Of a DNA stretch of 42,325 nucleotides, positions 17,773 through 27,253 are shown one piece after another. Location: positions 1 to 42,325 of the forward strand of contig CAYHON010000003.1 in NCBI GenBank assembly GCA_964358425.1. Reading direction: 5' to 3'. Source of the stretch: an uncultured Candidatus Saccharibacteria bacterium. GTDB taxonomy: Bacteria > Patescibacteriota > Minisyncoccia > Sungbacterales > HO2-52-23. The position numbers and the translations under genes are program-made. Each line of letters opens with the position of its first letter. Position 1 is the stretch's first letter. The notes beneath the pieces were generated by a model. The model ran no database searches. It saw only the letters and a program-made list of their open reading frames with translations, and was not told the DNA's origin.

Positions 17773-17799
17773 AAACGAGGTCCAGAATCCTCGTTTTTT
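17773..17799 (+). terminator. Intrinsic terminator
   Basis: AAACGAGG(17773-17780)...CCTCGTTT(17789-17796) plus T-run. Confidence 0.8.
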
Positions 17800-17857
17800 C
17801 TTGTCTAAAACCGTTATTTGAGTTAGTATTTTTATACCGAAATTAATAATCTAGCCG

Positions 17858-18604
17858 ATGAATAAAAATAACGAAAAAAGCATAGCGGTATTTTTACCTG
17901 CTTATAACGAAGAAGAAAACATCGGACAAATGGTTTTAGAAATAAATGATTTTTTGAAACCCAGATTTTCTGATTATGAAATACTAGTCATAAGCGAAGG
18001 CAGTACAGACAAAACCAACTCAATTGTTAGGGGGTTACAAGAGCGTATAAAAAATTTAAAATTGCTTACCAAGAACGAAAGTTTTGGCTACGCGGGAGCG
18101 CTAAGGTCCGGGTTTAGGAATTCCACCAAAAAACTTATTTTCTATACCGACGGAGATGGGCAATTTGATATTAAGGAACTAGATAAACTCCTGCCTCTTA
18201 TAGACAAATATGACGTAGTTACGGGCTATAAAATCAAGCGCAGTGATCCCTTAATGCGGGTCTGGATGTCCTGGCTATATAATTTTACCATGAGGATATT
18301 GTTTGGTCTGAAAGTTAAGGATGTCAATTGTGCTTTTAAACTCTTTAAAAAAGAAGTCATTGATAAGATAAACTTTCTGCCAAACCTTACTCAAGGAGTT
18401 ATAAATGCCGAAATATATCTATCTGCCTTGGAAAACGGATATACCATCGGAGAAGTTGGAGTTAATCACCTGCCCAGAAAAGGCGGCAAAACCAGCGCGG
18501 AATTCGGGATACGGGGCAAGATAATAGCCATGGTTAGACCCCGGGTTGTAAAAGGGTTTATACTTGATACTATTAATCTTTGGAGGAAAACCCATCGATG
18601 TTAA
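17858..18604 (+). CDS. GT2 glycosyltransferase, DPM-like
   Basis: LPAYNEEE, EGSTDKT, YTDGDGQF, KDVNCAFKLF. Confidence 0.9.
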   Translation: MNKNNEKSIAVFLPAYNEEENIGQMVLEINDFLKPRFSDYEILVISEGSTDKTNSIVRGLQERIKNLKLLTKNESFGYAGALRSGFRNSTKKLIFYTDGDGQFDIKELDKLLPLIDKYDVVTGYKIKRSDPLMRVWMSWLYNFTMRILFGLKVKDVNCAFKLFKKEVIDKINFLPNLTQGVINAEIYLSALENGYTIGEVGVNHLPRKGGKTSAEFGIRGKIIAMVRPRVVKGFILDTINLWRKTHRC

Positions 18605-18649
18605 AAACTTGTCCCAAGGTCAGAATAATAATTTGTAGAAAACAAAATT

Positions 18650-19369
18650 ATGGTTACAAAATCCGACCTTTCTATAATCATGAAAAAGACCCTGCGAGGA
18701 CTCGGGGTTATGCCTATTGCCAATAAGGTAAACAACTTCCGTTTTTTAGTTTTGAAGAAATATTGTGCTCTTTTTAACAAGAATCCCCTAGAAGCTGTTT
18801 ATAACGATAATTTTTTTGATGTTCAGCACCACGAAAACGTTCTTGGCGATACACCCAAGGCCTTAGCTGGAATCGTAAAAAATTTTTATAATCCAAGGTC
18901 TGTCGTAGATTTCGGATGCGGGATTGGCATCTATCTGCGCGAACTGGAAAAACTGGGTATGGATGTCTTTGGTATTGATGGCAGTCCAGCCGCCTCCAGA
19001 AATTTAGTTATCGATAAAGGCAGATTTTTAACCCAAGACTGCACTAAAGAATTTACTCTGCCGCGCAGATATGACGGCGCAATCTGCTTTGAGGTCGCCG
19101 AGCATATTCCGACAGAAAAGTCTCGGATACTGGTTGGAAATATAACCAGGGCCAGCGATTTAGTCTTTTTTACTGCAGCTCCAAAAGGCCAAGGGGGTCA
19201 TGATCATATTAATGAGCAGGAACCAAAATTTTGGCTTGACCTTTTTTCCGAAAAAGGGTATGAATTCTTAGAAGAAGATACCCGTATCATAAAGAAAGAA
19301 TTATTTGATAAAAAAGCTATTTTCTGGCTTGCTGAAAATTTTTTAGTTTTTAGTAAGAAAAAATCTTAA
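18650..19369 (+). CDS. Class I SAM-dependent methyltransferase
   Basis: VVDFGCGIG, CFEVAEH, GQGGHDHINEQ. Confidence 0.88.
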   Translation: MVTKSDLSIIMKKTLRGLGVMPIANKVNNFRFLVLKKYCALFNKNPLEAVYNDNFFDVQHHENVLGDTPKALAGIVKNFYNPRSVVDFGCGIGIYLRELEKLGMDVFGIDGSPAASRNLVIDKGRFLTQDCTKEFTLPRRYDGAICFEVAEHIPTEKSRILVGNITRASDLVFFTAAPKGQGGHDHINEQEPKFWLDLFSEKGYEFLEEDTRIIKKELFDKKAIFWLAENFLVFSKKKS

Positions 19370-19372
19370 TTA

Positions 19373-19421
19373 TATGAAAGTTTTAGTAACAGGGGGAGCA
19401 GGATTTATCGGTTCTAATTTA
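19373..19421 (+). repeat. 49-nt exact direct repeat, copy 1
   Basis: TATGAAAGTTTTAGTAACAGGGGGAGCAGGATTTATCGGTTCTAATTTA, identical to 20293-20341. Confidence 0.92.
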
Positions 19422-20297
19422 GTTAAACTTCTCTGCGACAAGGGATATAAAGTTACTGTTTTGGACGACTTGTCTTCCGGTTATAAAAGCTTGGTTGACC
19501 GGAGAGCTAAGTTTGTAAAAGGAGCGATAGGCACCCCCCAGCTTCTTGATAAATTGCTTCCAGGCCAGGAAGTTGTTTTCCACCTAGCGGCCACCTCTAC
19601 CGTTACTTATTCCCTGACCAACCCCAGAAAATATTTTGAAAATAATTTTATGGCTGGAGTCGCTCTTTTAGAAGGTATGAGAAGAAATAAAGTGAAAAAA
19701 ATAGTTTATTCTTCTTCTGCCTCTTCTTACGGGGAAAGCGGAGAAAAGTTTCTTAGGGAAACTGATTTAACTAACCCTCTAAGCCCGTACGGAGCGTCTA
19801 AATATGCGTTTGAACACGTGTTGAGCTCTTATTATCACTCATTTGGAATAAACAGCGTATCTTTAAGATATTTTAACGTCTATGGACCAAACGATGAACA
19901 ATTGGGCACCAGAGCCGTTCCCCGTTGGTGCCAGGCCGCCTTGGGGCATAAGCCGCTGACTCTCTATTGGAATGGAAGACAAAGAAGGGATTATGTTTTT
20001 GTGGGGGATATAGCTCGAGCTAATTTGTTGGCATCTCTCCATTGCCGGGGGTGTCGTGTTTACAATGCGGGAACGGGTCGGGGGGTTTGGATGATAGACA
20101 TCATCAAAAAAATGGAGAAAATCCTGGGCCAAAAATTGGATATTGACTATCAAGGAAAAAGAGAAGGGGATCCCAAGTTTGCCATGGCCGACATAACTAA
20201 AATAAAAAAACAGCTAAAGTGGAAACCGGAGGTAAATCTTGATCTGGGTCTTAAGCTTACCTTGGATTATTTTAAAAACAGACCTAAAAAACTATGA
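19374..20297 (+). CDS. NAD-dependent NDP-sugar epimerase/dehydratase (extended SDR), copy 1
   Basis: VTGGAGFIGS, SSSASSYG, PYGASK, LRYFNVYGP, RDYVFV. Confidence 0.92.
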   Translation: MKVLVTGGAGFIGSNLVKLLCDKGYKVTVLDDLSSGYKSLVDRRAKFVKGAIGTPQLLDKLLPGQEVVFHLAATSTVTYSLTNPRKYFENNFMAGVALLEGMRRNKVKKIVYSSSASSYGESGEKFLRETDLTNPLSPYGASKYAFEHVLSSYYHSFGINSVSLRYFNVYGPNDEQLGTRAVPRWCQAALGHKPLTLYWNGRQRRDYVFVGDIARANLLASLHCRGCRVYNAGTGRGVWMIDIIKKMEKILGQKLDIDYQGKREGDPKFAMADITKIKKQLKWKPEVNLDLGLKLTLDYFKNRPKKL

Positions 20298-20341
20298 AAG
20301 TTTTAGTAACAGGGGGAGCAGGATTTATCGGTTCTAATTTA
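20293..20341 (+). repeat. 49-nt exact direct repeat, copy 2
   Basis: Identical to 19373-19421; offset 920 nt. Confidence 0.92.
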
Positions 20342-21220
20342 ACAAAGGCTCTTTATAAACTAGGGCACGATGTTACGGTTCTGGACGATTTGTCGTCCAG
20401 TGGTCGAAAAAGGCCTGATATTAAAGTCCGATTCTTTAACGGTTCGATTGGAGATGTCGCCTTAATCAATAAACTTATCAAAGGAGTAGATGTAGTTTTT
20501 CATTTGGCCGCTGCCGGAATCATTCAACTTTCTCTAGAGAACCCCGTCTTATATTTTGAAAACAATGTTATGAACGGCATCACGCTTTTAGAAGCCATGC
20601 GTAGGAATGGTGTGAAAAAAATAGTTTATTCATCAAGTTCGGGTGTGTATGGAGAGCCGCAGCGAATTCCCATAAGGGAAGATGATCCCAAGAATCCAAT
20701 CAATCCTTACGGAGCGGCTAAGCTAGCTTTTGAAGATGTTCTCAGCTCTTATTATCATTCTTTTGGAATCAATAGTATTTCTTTGAGATATTATAATGTC
20801 TATGGTCCGGGGGATGAGCAAAAACCCGTTACGCGAGCCATACCCAAGTGGATCAAGGCTGCTCTGCAGAATCAACCCCTGGTTTTGTATTGGCGAGGAT
20901 TACAGAAAAAAGATTATGTCTTTGTAGGCGATGTCGTGAGGGCTAATCTGCTTGCGGCAGCCAACTGCCGCGGTTTCCGTGTCTATAATGTAGGTAGTGG
21001 CCAAGGTTTTTTAATAAAAGATCTGGCCAAGAAAATGGAAAAAGTATTCGGTAAAAAACTAAAGACTGTTTATAAAGGAAATAGACTTGGTGATCCCGGT
21101 GTTCTAATCGGAGACATAAGCCGAATAAAAAAAGAATTGGGATGGAAAGCCGAGGTTAGTCTAGAAGATGGCCTGAAAAAGACAGCGGAATATTATAAAG
21201 AGGCCGCCCTTAGATTATGA
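20294..21220 (+). CDS. NAD-dependent NDP-sugar epimerase/dehydratase (extended SDR), copy 2
   Basis: VTGGAGFIGS, SSSSGVYG, PYGAAK, LRYYNVYGP; paralogue of the upstream gene. Confidence 0.92.
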   Translation: MKVLVTGGAGFIGSNLTKALYKLGHDVTVLDDLSSSGRKRPDIKVRFFNGSIGDVALINKLIKGVDVVFHLAAAGIIQLSLENPVLYFENNVMNGITLLEAMRRNGVKKIVYSSSSGVYGEPQRIPIREDDPKNPINPYGAAKLAFEDVLSSYYHSFGINSISLRYYNVYGPGDEQKPVTRAIPKWIKAALQNQPLVLYWRGLQKKDYVFVGDVVRANLLAAANCRGFRVYNVGSGQGFLIKDLAKKMEKVFGKKLKTVYKGNRLGDPGVLIGDISRIKKELGWKAEVSLEDGLKKTAEYYKEAALRL

Positions 21221-21918
21221 GGGCCGTGATTCTTGCCGCTGGAAAAGGCCAAAGAATGTTGCCTCTTACTCTGTCGGTTCCTAAACCGCTTCTTCGCATT
21301 GCCGATAAAACTATTCTGGACTATATATTTGAATCTTTTCCGGAAGAGATAGATTCGGTAATAATCGTGGTGGGGTACTTGAAAAAGAAAATCCAGCAGT
21401 ATCTCGGGGCAAAATACCAAGGTCGGCCGATACACTATATTACTCAAGATGTTTTAGACGGATCGGCTACCGCCCTATTAACTTGCCGGGACCTTTTTAT
21501 GCCCAAGGAAAGACTTTTGGTGGTTTATGGGGATGAGCTTCCTAATCAAGAAGAAATTTTCGCCTGTCTAAACCATAAATATAGTTGGCTTTGTTGCCCG
21601 ACTGATAATCCTTCCCAGTCTGGCATCGCTACTATTGATGAAAAAGGATATATCACAGAAGTTGTAGAAAAACCGGAGAATCCCTCCTCTAAGATGTCGG
21701 CGGCAGGAATAATGGTGATAAATAGTGATATATTTAATTATGAACCCATCCAGCACTCCAACGGAGAATACTATCTATCTTCTCTGATGGGGAAGTTCTT
21801 AAAAGACTATCAAATCAAAGCTGTTTTTGGCAGAAAAAGACCGCCTTTTATTTCACCTGATGAAATTGAGAAGCTTACCATTGAACAATATCAAAAAGTA
21901 AATAAAAGCCAATTATGA
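21217..21918 (+). CDS. Sugar-1-phosphate nucleotidyltransferase
   Basis: AVILAAGKGQRMLPLT..PKPL, VYGD, VVEKP. Confidence 0.88.
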   Translation: MRAVILAAGKGQRMLPLTLSVPKPLLRIADKTILDYIFESFPEEIDSVIIVVGYLKKKIQQYLGAKYQGRPIHYITQDVLDGSATALLTCRDLFMPKERLLVVYGDELPNQEEIFACLNHKYSWLCCPTDNPSQSGIATIDEKGYITEVVEKPENPSSKMSAAGIMVINSDIFNYEPIQHSNGEYYLSSLMGKFLKDYQIKAVFGRKRPPFISPDEIEKLTIEQYQKVNKSQL

Positions 21919-22841
21919 TCTCGGTTATTATTCCGGTCTACAACAATGAGAAAGATTTGGAAAAAACACACTCTAAACTTGTAGAAGTTTTGTCTTTGTT
22001 CAAGGAGCCTTATGAAATAATTGCTGTAGATGACGGTTCCACCGATGGCTCCAGAAAAAAACTATCTTCGCTCTCTCCCATAACCGCCGTAATGCTATCT
22101 AAACATTTTGGGCATAACGCGGCTATGGACGCCGGTTTTCAAAAGGCCATTGGAGATTTGATAATAACCCTAAGTGGAGATCTTGATTATGAATTGAGTG
22201 ATATTACTTTATTAGTGGACAAACTCAAAGATGGTTATGGGGTAGCTGTAGGATGGCGAGAGGGCAGAACCATATCTTTTTCTAGAAATATTTTTTCCAA
22301 GTTGGCTAACTGGCTTATCGGCAAAGCTACTGGGATCAAACTTCACGATTTTAATTGTGGACTCAAGGGTTATCGCCGTGAATTTATTGATGGGGTGCAG
22401 CTTTTAGGAGAGAATTCCATGTTTATGCCCGTATTTGCCTGTGATCGCGGGGCTAAGGTGGCAGAAGTAAAAGTAATATACAAGACAGAGGGAAAAGAAG
22501 CGCTAAGATATAAGCCGAAAGACGTATTATTCACGTTTTTTGATTTATTGAGCGTGAAATTTTTACTTAATTATTTTGCTAAACCCTTAAGGTTTTTTGG
22601 CAGCTGGGCCTTGTTTTTTCTCTTCCTGTCTTTTTTGTCATTTATCACTTTTTTGCTGATAAAATTTCAGTATATAATCTCATTTAATCCTTATTCCTTT
22701 TTGCTGATGGGAGCAGTGCTGACCATACTTAGTTTTTTAATTTTTATTTTAGGATTTATCACGGAGATACTCTTGAGGGTATACTACATAAATAGAGACG
22801 CCTCTCAATATATGATTTATGAGATTATAAAAAATAAATAG
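21915..22841 (+). CDS. GT2 ArnC/GtrB-like polyprenol-phosphate glycosyltransferase with two C-terminal TMs
   Basis: SVIIPVYN, VDDGSTDGS, LHDFNCGLKGY, KPLRFFG; DxD appears as SGD. Confidence 0.85.
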   Translation: MISVIIPVYNNEKDLEKTHSKLVEVLSLFKEPYEIIAVDDGSTDGSRKKLSSLSPITAVMLSKHFGHNAAMDAGFQKAIGDLIITLSGDLDYELSDITLLVDKLKDGYGVAVGWREGRTISFSRNIFSKLANWLIGKATGIKLHDFNCGLKGYRREFIDGVQLLGENSMFMPVFACDRGAKVAEVKVIYKTEGKEALRYKPKDVLFTFFDLLSVKFLLNYFAKPLRFFGSWALFFLFLSFLSFITFLLIKFQYIISFNPYSFLLMGAVLTILSFLIFILGFITEILLRVYYINRDASQYMIYEIIKNK

Positions 22842-22850
22842 ACACCCCCT

Positions 22851-24680
22851 ATGTTATTTGAAAAAATACGATATTACTTAAAACGCCACTGGTTAAACTT
22901 AGCCCTTGCCGTTCTGGTGGGCCTTATTTATGTGGGACCGCAGCTTGTTTTTATTTTCTCTCTGGGCGGTGAATATCAGGGAATCCCTATGCTGCAGACG
23001 GCTAACGAGCAAGGTTATCTTGGAAGAATACGGGAAATTATTGACGGATATCCAAAGGTTTCATCTTATCCCTTCTATGAATATAAAGACCAATGGCCCT
23101 TAATGCCGCCTACCGGGGAAATGTTTTATGCTCTTCCCAGCTTGTTGTTGGGTATATCCTTGGTCACTGTGCTTATTGTCAGCAAGTTTATATTGCCACT
23201 CGTCTTATTTTTATTGATTTATTTTTTTATTCTGAAACTGATTGGTGACGTCAATTCTCCGGCTACCAAAATAAGTGCCACTGCTGGTTCTTTATTAATT
23301 CTGCTTGGGTATGATTTGGTAGATTATCACAGTTTGTGGAATTTTCTTTTCGGAGGAAAAAACTTAGGCGGATCATTTTTAATCTGGTCGCGACCGGTAA
23401 ACCCCATATTAGGGGCTATTTTTTTATTTTCTTTTTTATTATGTGTGTGGGCGATTATCCAGAAAACCAAGTATTTAAAAACAACGGTAGTCACCGCCGG
23501 ATTATTTCTGGCGCTTATGATAACCAGCTATTTTTTTAGCTGGGGGCTGGCGGTATCGATTCTGGGAATATTGTTTTTGGTATATTTATACAAACGCGAA
23601 TATCGGATTGTTTGGGCTTTTATATCAATTATCGCGATAGCTCTAGTTTTAACTACTCCTTATTGGTATTTTTCCTATCGCGCGAGTCAAAGCCCGGGGT
23701 ACAGCGAAGCTGTTTTAAGAAGCGGTTTGATATACACCCATTATCCGCTGGTAAACAAACTATTATTAGCGGTTTTGGGTGTTTATCTTATCCTCGTTTT
23801 TACCCCGATCTTGAAAAGGGTTTCTTGGTCAAACATGTTTGAATCATTAAGACAGAATATAAAAGCCGTCTGGCGAGACTGGCATTGGTTTTGTTTAATA
23901 TTAATTTTGGGGAGCTTTTGGGCCCTTAATCAACAGGTTATAACTGGGATAACCATCTGGCCCTATCACTTCGTTCAATATTCGATTCCGCTGGCGATGA
24001 TAGTTTTAGTCTTGTTGTGGCATCACTATATTAGGAAGAAATTTCGTATTTTTTGGATTTTTACAATTATATTCATAATCGGTTCGGCGTTGTTGTTTGG
24101 TCTATATTCTCAAACTTATGCTTATAATAAAAGTTATTCTTATTTTCGTCAATTGCAAATATATACTCATGTTTTCCAATGGCTAAACAAACAACCGAAA
24201 GACTGCGTAGTTTTAGTATACGATACCACGAATTTTTCGTTTAATGAATTAGTGTTGGCGTTTTCCCATTGTAATCTTTATGAGTCCAACGAATTTTTCC
24301 TGCTTATGCCGGAGGATAGGATTTATCACAACTACCTCGTACATCTACGTCTTAAGGGGGTCTCAGCGGATGAAATAGAAAATTATATTCAAGAAAATAA
24401 AGGCGAAATACATAATTATCTATTTAGTAACTGGGCGGGCGCTCATGGTCTTCCGGAATTTCCTGATTTTACCGACCCTAAGCTAGAAGAAAGAATAAAA
24501 AAACTGCCGCAGGACTATCGGCAATTTTTGCAGAAAGAATTCAGAACCGAGCTAAGTAAATACAAATTAGATTATATTCTATCGGCCGGACCCATACCAA
24601 AGAGCGTAATTACCCAATTAGGAAGGTTAAAACTGGAATATCAGCATCAGGATATATCTGTCTATTCTCTGGCGGATTGA
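22851..24680 (+). CDS. Polytopic membrane protein, probable GT-C glycosyltransferase
   Basis: Around a dozen hydrophobic segments; NEQGY after TM1; soluble C-terminal domain; follows a GtrB-like GT2. Confidence 0.6.
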   Translation: MLFEKIRYYLKRHWLNLALAVLVGLIYVGPQLVFIFSLGGEYQGIPMLQTANEQGYLGRIREIIDGYPKVSSYPFYEYKDQWPLMPPTGEMFYALPSLLLGISLVTVLIVSKFILPLVLFLLIYFFILKLIGDVNSPATKISATAGSLLILLGYDLVDYHSLWNFLFGGKNLGGSFLIWSRPVNPILGAIFLFSFLLCVWAIIQKTKYLKTTVVTAGLFLALMITSYFFSWGLAVSILGILFLVYLYKREYRIVWAFISIIAIALVLTTPYWYFSYRASQSPGYSEAVLRSGLIYTHYPLVNKLLLAVLGVYLILVFTPILKRVSWSNMFESLRQNIKAVWRDWHWFCLILILGSFWALNQQVITGITIWPYHFVQYSIPLAMIVLVLLWHHYIRKKFRIFWIFTIIFIIGSALLFGLYSQTYAYNKSYSYFRQLQIYTHVFQWLNKQPKDCVVLVYDTTNFSFNELVLAFSHCNLYESNEFFLLMPEDRIYHNYLVHLRLKGVSADEIENYIQENKGEIHNYLFSNWAGAHGLPEFPDFTDPKLEERIKKLPQDYRQFLQKEFRTELSKYKLDYILSAGPIPKSVITQLGRLKLEYQHQDISVYSLAD

Positions 24681-24716
24681 GTTTGTATGTTACAAATTAA
24701 AAGGATATGTGTAATC

Positions 24717-25805
24717 TCATTCGAAAAATGCTCGGATGTTCTGGCAGACTTTTAGTACCTCCCCGTCTTTCATAGAAAAGCATGACGGTAGCCAAAGGGC
24801 CTTTCGGCTTATTTTTATACTTTGTGGAAAATTAACATCAGGCAGTTTATATGGTTTTTGCTGATGAAGTGGTAACCAAAAAGCACGGCATTGGATATTA
24901 TATTTAGCTAAATACTTAATTAACTCATCGCGTCGGTCAGTTAAGGCATCGGTCCATTGGGATACCTCATCCTCCTTGGTATTAAATTTAATCACTGATA
25001 TTCCTTTAACCCCCTGCAGATTTTCTGTGTATAGCTTATTTATTTTTTTCATTCTTTCCGTTCTCTTTGTTAAGTAACCAAGCTGACCCAGTCCGATGGC
25101 CGCTTGCAAATTGGTAAGCCGAAAATTATATCCTCTAGAGTTATAAATATCGCCGCCTTCGGGGGGGCGGCCCTGGTTTTTTAATCCCCGAAGTTTGGTG
25201 GCCAGTTTGTTGTCATTGGTAACTATGGCCCCACCTTGGCCGGTAGTTATTGTTTTGTTGGGAGAGAAAGAAAAACAGCCGGCATTTCCCAGGGTTCCCA
25301 GATATCTTCCTTTATATTTTGAGAGCAGAGCTTCGGCAGCGTCTTCCACTACTACTAAATGATGTTTTTTAGCAATTTTTAAAATCTGATCCATCTTGGC
25401 CGCTCGACCGGAATAGTGGACTGGAACTATAGCTTTAGTTCGGCTGGTTATGGCCTTGGTGACAGTATCAGGACTTATATTTAAAGTCAGGGGGTCAATA
25501 TCAACCAAAATTGGTTTAGCGCCGCAGAGATCTACGGCGTTGGCGGTAGCTACGAAAGTAATGTCGGGCACGATTACTTCATCGCCAGGTCCGACCCCCA
25601 AAGCCTTTAGGGCCAGGAAAATGGCTACAGTCCCGCTGGTGGTGGCTATAACTTGCTTAACCCCAAGAAGTTTGGCAAGTTTTTCTTCAAACTCGGTGGT
25701 CAGCCCTCCTTCGTTGATATAGTTGTCATCCAATACTTGGTTTATGAGTCGGCGTTCAGTTTTTCCGATTTGCGGTTGCCACCATACTATCTTTTTGTCA
25801 GGCAT
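24717..25805 (-). CDS. DegT/DnrJ/EryC1/StrS PLP-dependent NDP-sugar aminotransferase
   Basis: TSGTVA, TFVATANA, VEDAAEA, FSFSPNKTITTGQGG, GYNFRL. Confidence 0.92.
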   Translation of the reverse strand: MPDKKIVWWQPQIGKTERRLINQVLDDNYINEGGLTTEFEEKLAKLLGVKQVIATTSGTVAIFLALKALGVGPGDEVIVPDITFVATANAVDLCGAKPILVDIDPLTLNISPDTVTKAITSRTKAIVPVHYSGRAAKMDQILKIAKKHHLVVVEDAAEALLSKYKGRYLGTLGNAGCFSFSPNKTITTGQGGAIVTNDNKLATKLRGLKNQGRPPEGGDIYNSRGYNFRLTNLQAAIGLGQLGYLTKRTERMKKINKLYTENLQGVKGISVIKFNTKEDEVSQWTDALTDRRDELIKYLAKYNIQCRAFWLPLHQQKPYKLPDVNFPQSIKISRKALWLPSCFSMKDGEVLKVCQNIRAFFE

Positions 25806-27075
25806 GGGTGTTTTTTATTTGGGTTATTATTTTTGGTTTAGGTAGGGGTATGATAAACTTTCCTTTATATCCTAAATCTCTTAACTTTCTCATCAATTCA
25901 TCTCCAATGTGCCATGAAAGTACCAGGGCGTAGTCAGGTTGGTCTTGAAATAAAACCTTTTCATCCACGACGGGGATATGCATGCCTGGAGAAAACAATC
26001 CTATCTTTGGTGACCCCTTTCTTTCGCAAGCATAATCTAAAATATCATTATCTATTTTTGTGAATCCGAGCAGAGAATTAGAACGGGCTGGTGACCCAAT
26101 CCCCACAATTTTTTTATTTTTCTTTTTTAAGCTGGATAACAAGGTTGAGAGCTCACTTTTTACTTGAACCGCCTGACGGGCAAACTCTTTTAATCTCTTA
26201 CTCTTGACGTCGTACAATCCAATTTTTTCTTCGGCGGCTAGGAGACTTTTTACTCGGTCGTGGCTGAGCTTATTACCGTTCACAGCATAAACTCGGATTG
26301 AGCCACCAGCGGCCGAGATTCTTTCGGCATCTATCACGCTCATGGAGGCCATAGAAAACATCTTTATCATTGGTTTCAGCGAATAATAGCGCAAGTGTTC
26401 GTGGTAGATGCAGTCAAACTGTAGTTTTTCAATTGTAGCGGCTAGATATTGAGACTCTGATATAAAAACTCCGTCCCTGTCTAAGAGTAGCTTGATACCG
26501 CTAATCGTATCGAAGAGCTCGTTGATGTGTGCAAAAGCATTGGTGGATATGATAACTCTTGCTTTCCCAAATTTCTTTAACACCCCTCTGGCTGTTTTTT
26601 TATTAAAAAACTTCTGGATAGTGGGTATTTTATTTCTATTAGCGACCTTGGCCGCATTGGTTGGTTCTATCCCCAACACCCTCATCCCAGCTTCCTTAAA
26701 TCCTCGCAATAGGGTTCCGTCATTAGAACCAATGTCAATGACCAAATTGCCTTTTCTCAATCCATAATCACGTATGGTTTTTTCAGCCAGCGAACGAAAA
26801 TTCCTTATCAGCATATTAGTCATGCCGGTATGGTAGGGATAGGCAGGATGGAAGGCGGCTTGGGGGTCGACGATATAATCAAGCTGTAAAAGTCCGCATC
26901 GGGGACAGCGACAGAAGTTTAGGGGGTAGATAACCTCTAACTCCTTTAGAGTCTCTGCCGTTAAGTAAGAAGAAATAAGCGCTTGGTGCCCAAGCGAAAG
27001 AATAGTCTCTAATTTTGGGTGAGAACAAATTTGACACAAGGCTAGATGGCCTATCCTGCCAGCCGGTTTTTTCAT
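25798..27075 (-). CDS. NDP-hexose C-methyltransferase (TylC3/TcaB9/NovU family)
   Basis: Zn-site CQIC...CPRC, IDIGSNDGTLL, FDCIYHEHLRYYS, GGSIRVY, SPGMHIPV, PDYALVLSWH, GKFIIPLP. Confidence 0.87.
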   Translation of the reverse strand: MKKPAGRIGHLALCQICSHPKLETILSLGHQALISSYLTAETLKELEVIYPLNFCRCPRCGLLQLDYIVDPQAAFHPAYPYHTGMTNMLIRNFRSLAEKTIRDYGLRKGNLVIDIGSNDGTLLRGFKEAGMRVLGIEPTNAAKVANRNKIPTIQKFFNKKTARGVLKKFGKARVIISTNAFAHINELFDTISGIKLLLDRDGVFISESQYLAATIEKLQFDCIYHEHLRYYSLKPMIKMFSMASMSVIDAERISAAGGSIRVYAVNGNKLSHDRVKSLLAAEEKIGLYDVKSKRLKEFARQAVQVKSELSTLLSSLKKKNKKIVGIGSPARSNSLLGFTKIDNDILDYACERKGSPKIGLFSPGMHIPVVDEKVLFQDQPDYALVLSWHIGDELMRKLRDLGYKGKFIIPLPKPKIITQIKNTHA

Positions 27076-27112
27076 AAATATCCGCTAAGGTTTAATAACT
27101 TTGATGTTGATT

Positions 27113-27141
27113 ATAATACTGTTTTAAATGTGTGAAGTCAA
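27113..27141 (-). promoter_or_regulatory. Putative promoter for the C-methyltransferase/aminotransferase pair
   Basis: Minus strand TTGACT, 17 nt, TATTAT. Confidence 0.55.
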
Positions 27142-27161
27142 CCAACGATTTGGAAAGAAAA

Positions 27162-27190
27162 TTGATGTTTGAAGCCATGAATGTTATATT
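27162..27190 (+). promoter_or_regulatory. Putative promoter for Nudix-GT4-gmd-cupin
   Basis: TTGATG, 17-nt spacer ending in TGt, TATATT. Confidence 0.5.
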
Positions 27191-27253
27191 TCCAAGTAAT
27201 TATTAAAACGGCAGGGAGGTAAGATTAAGTTTTAGCAATAGGGCAAAGAGCAG

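Noticed and set aside
48-17799. Integron-cassette interpretation of the promoter-gene-terminator units
   Set aside because: No integrase and no convincing attC structure; the hairpins are short terminators and the units carry their own promoters.
27211-27220. Strong GGAGGT upstream of the second Nudix gene
   Set aside because: It lies over 30 nt from the ATG with an in-frame stop between; no suitably spaced start was found.
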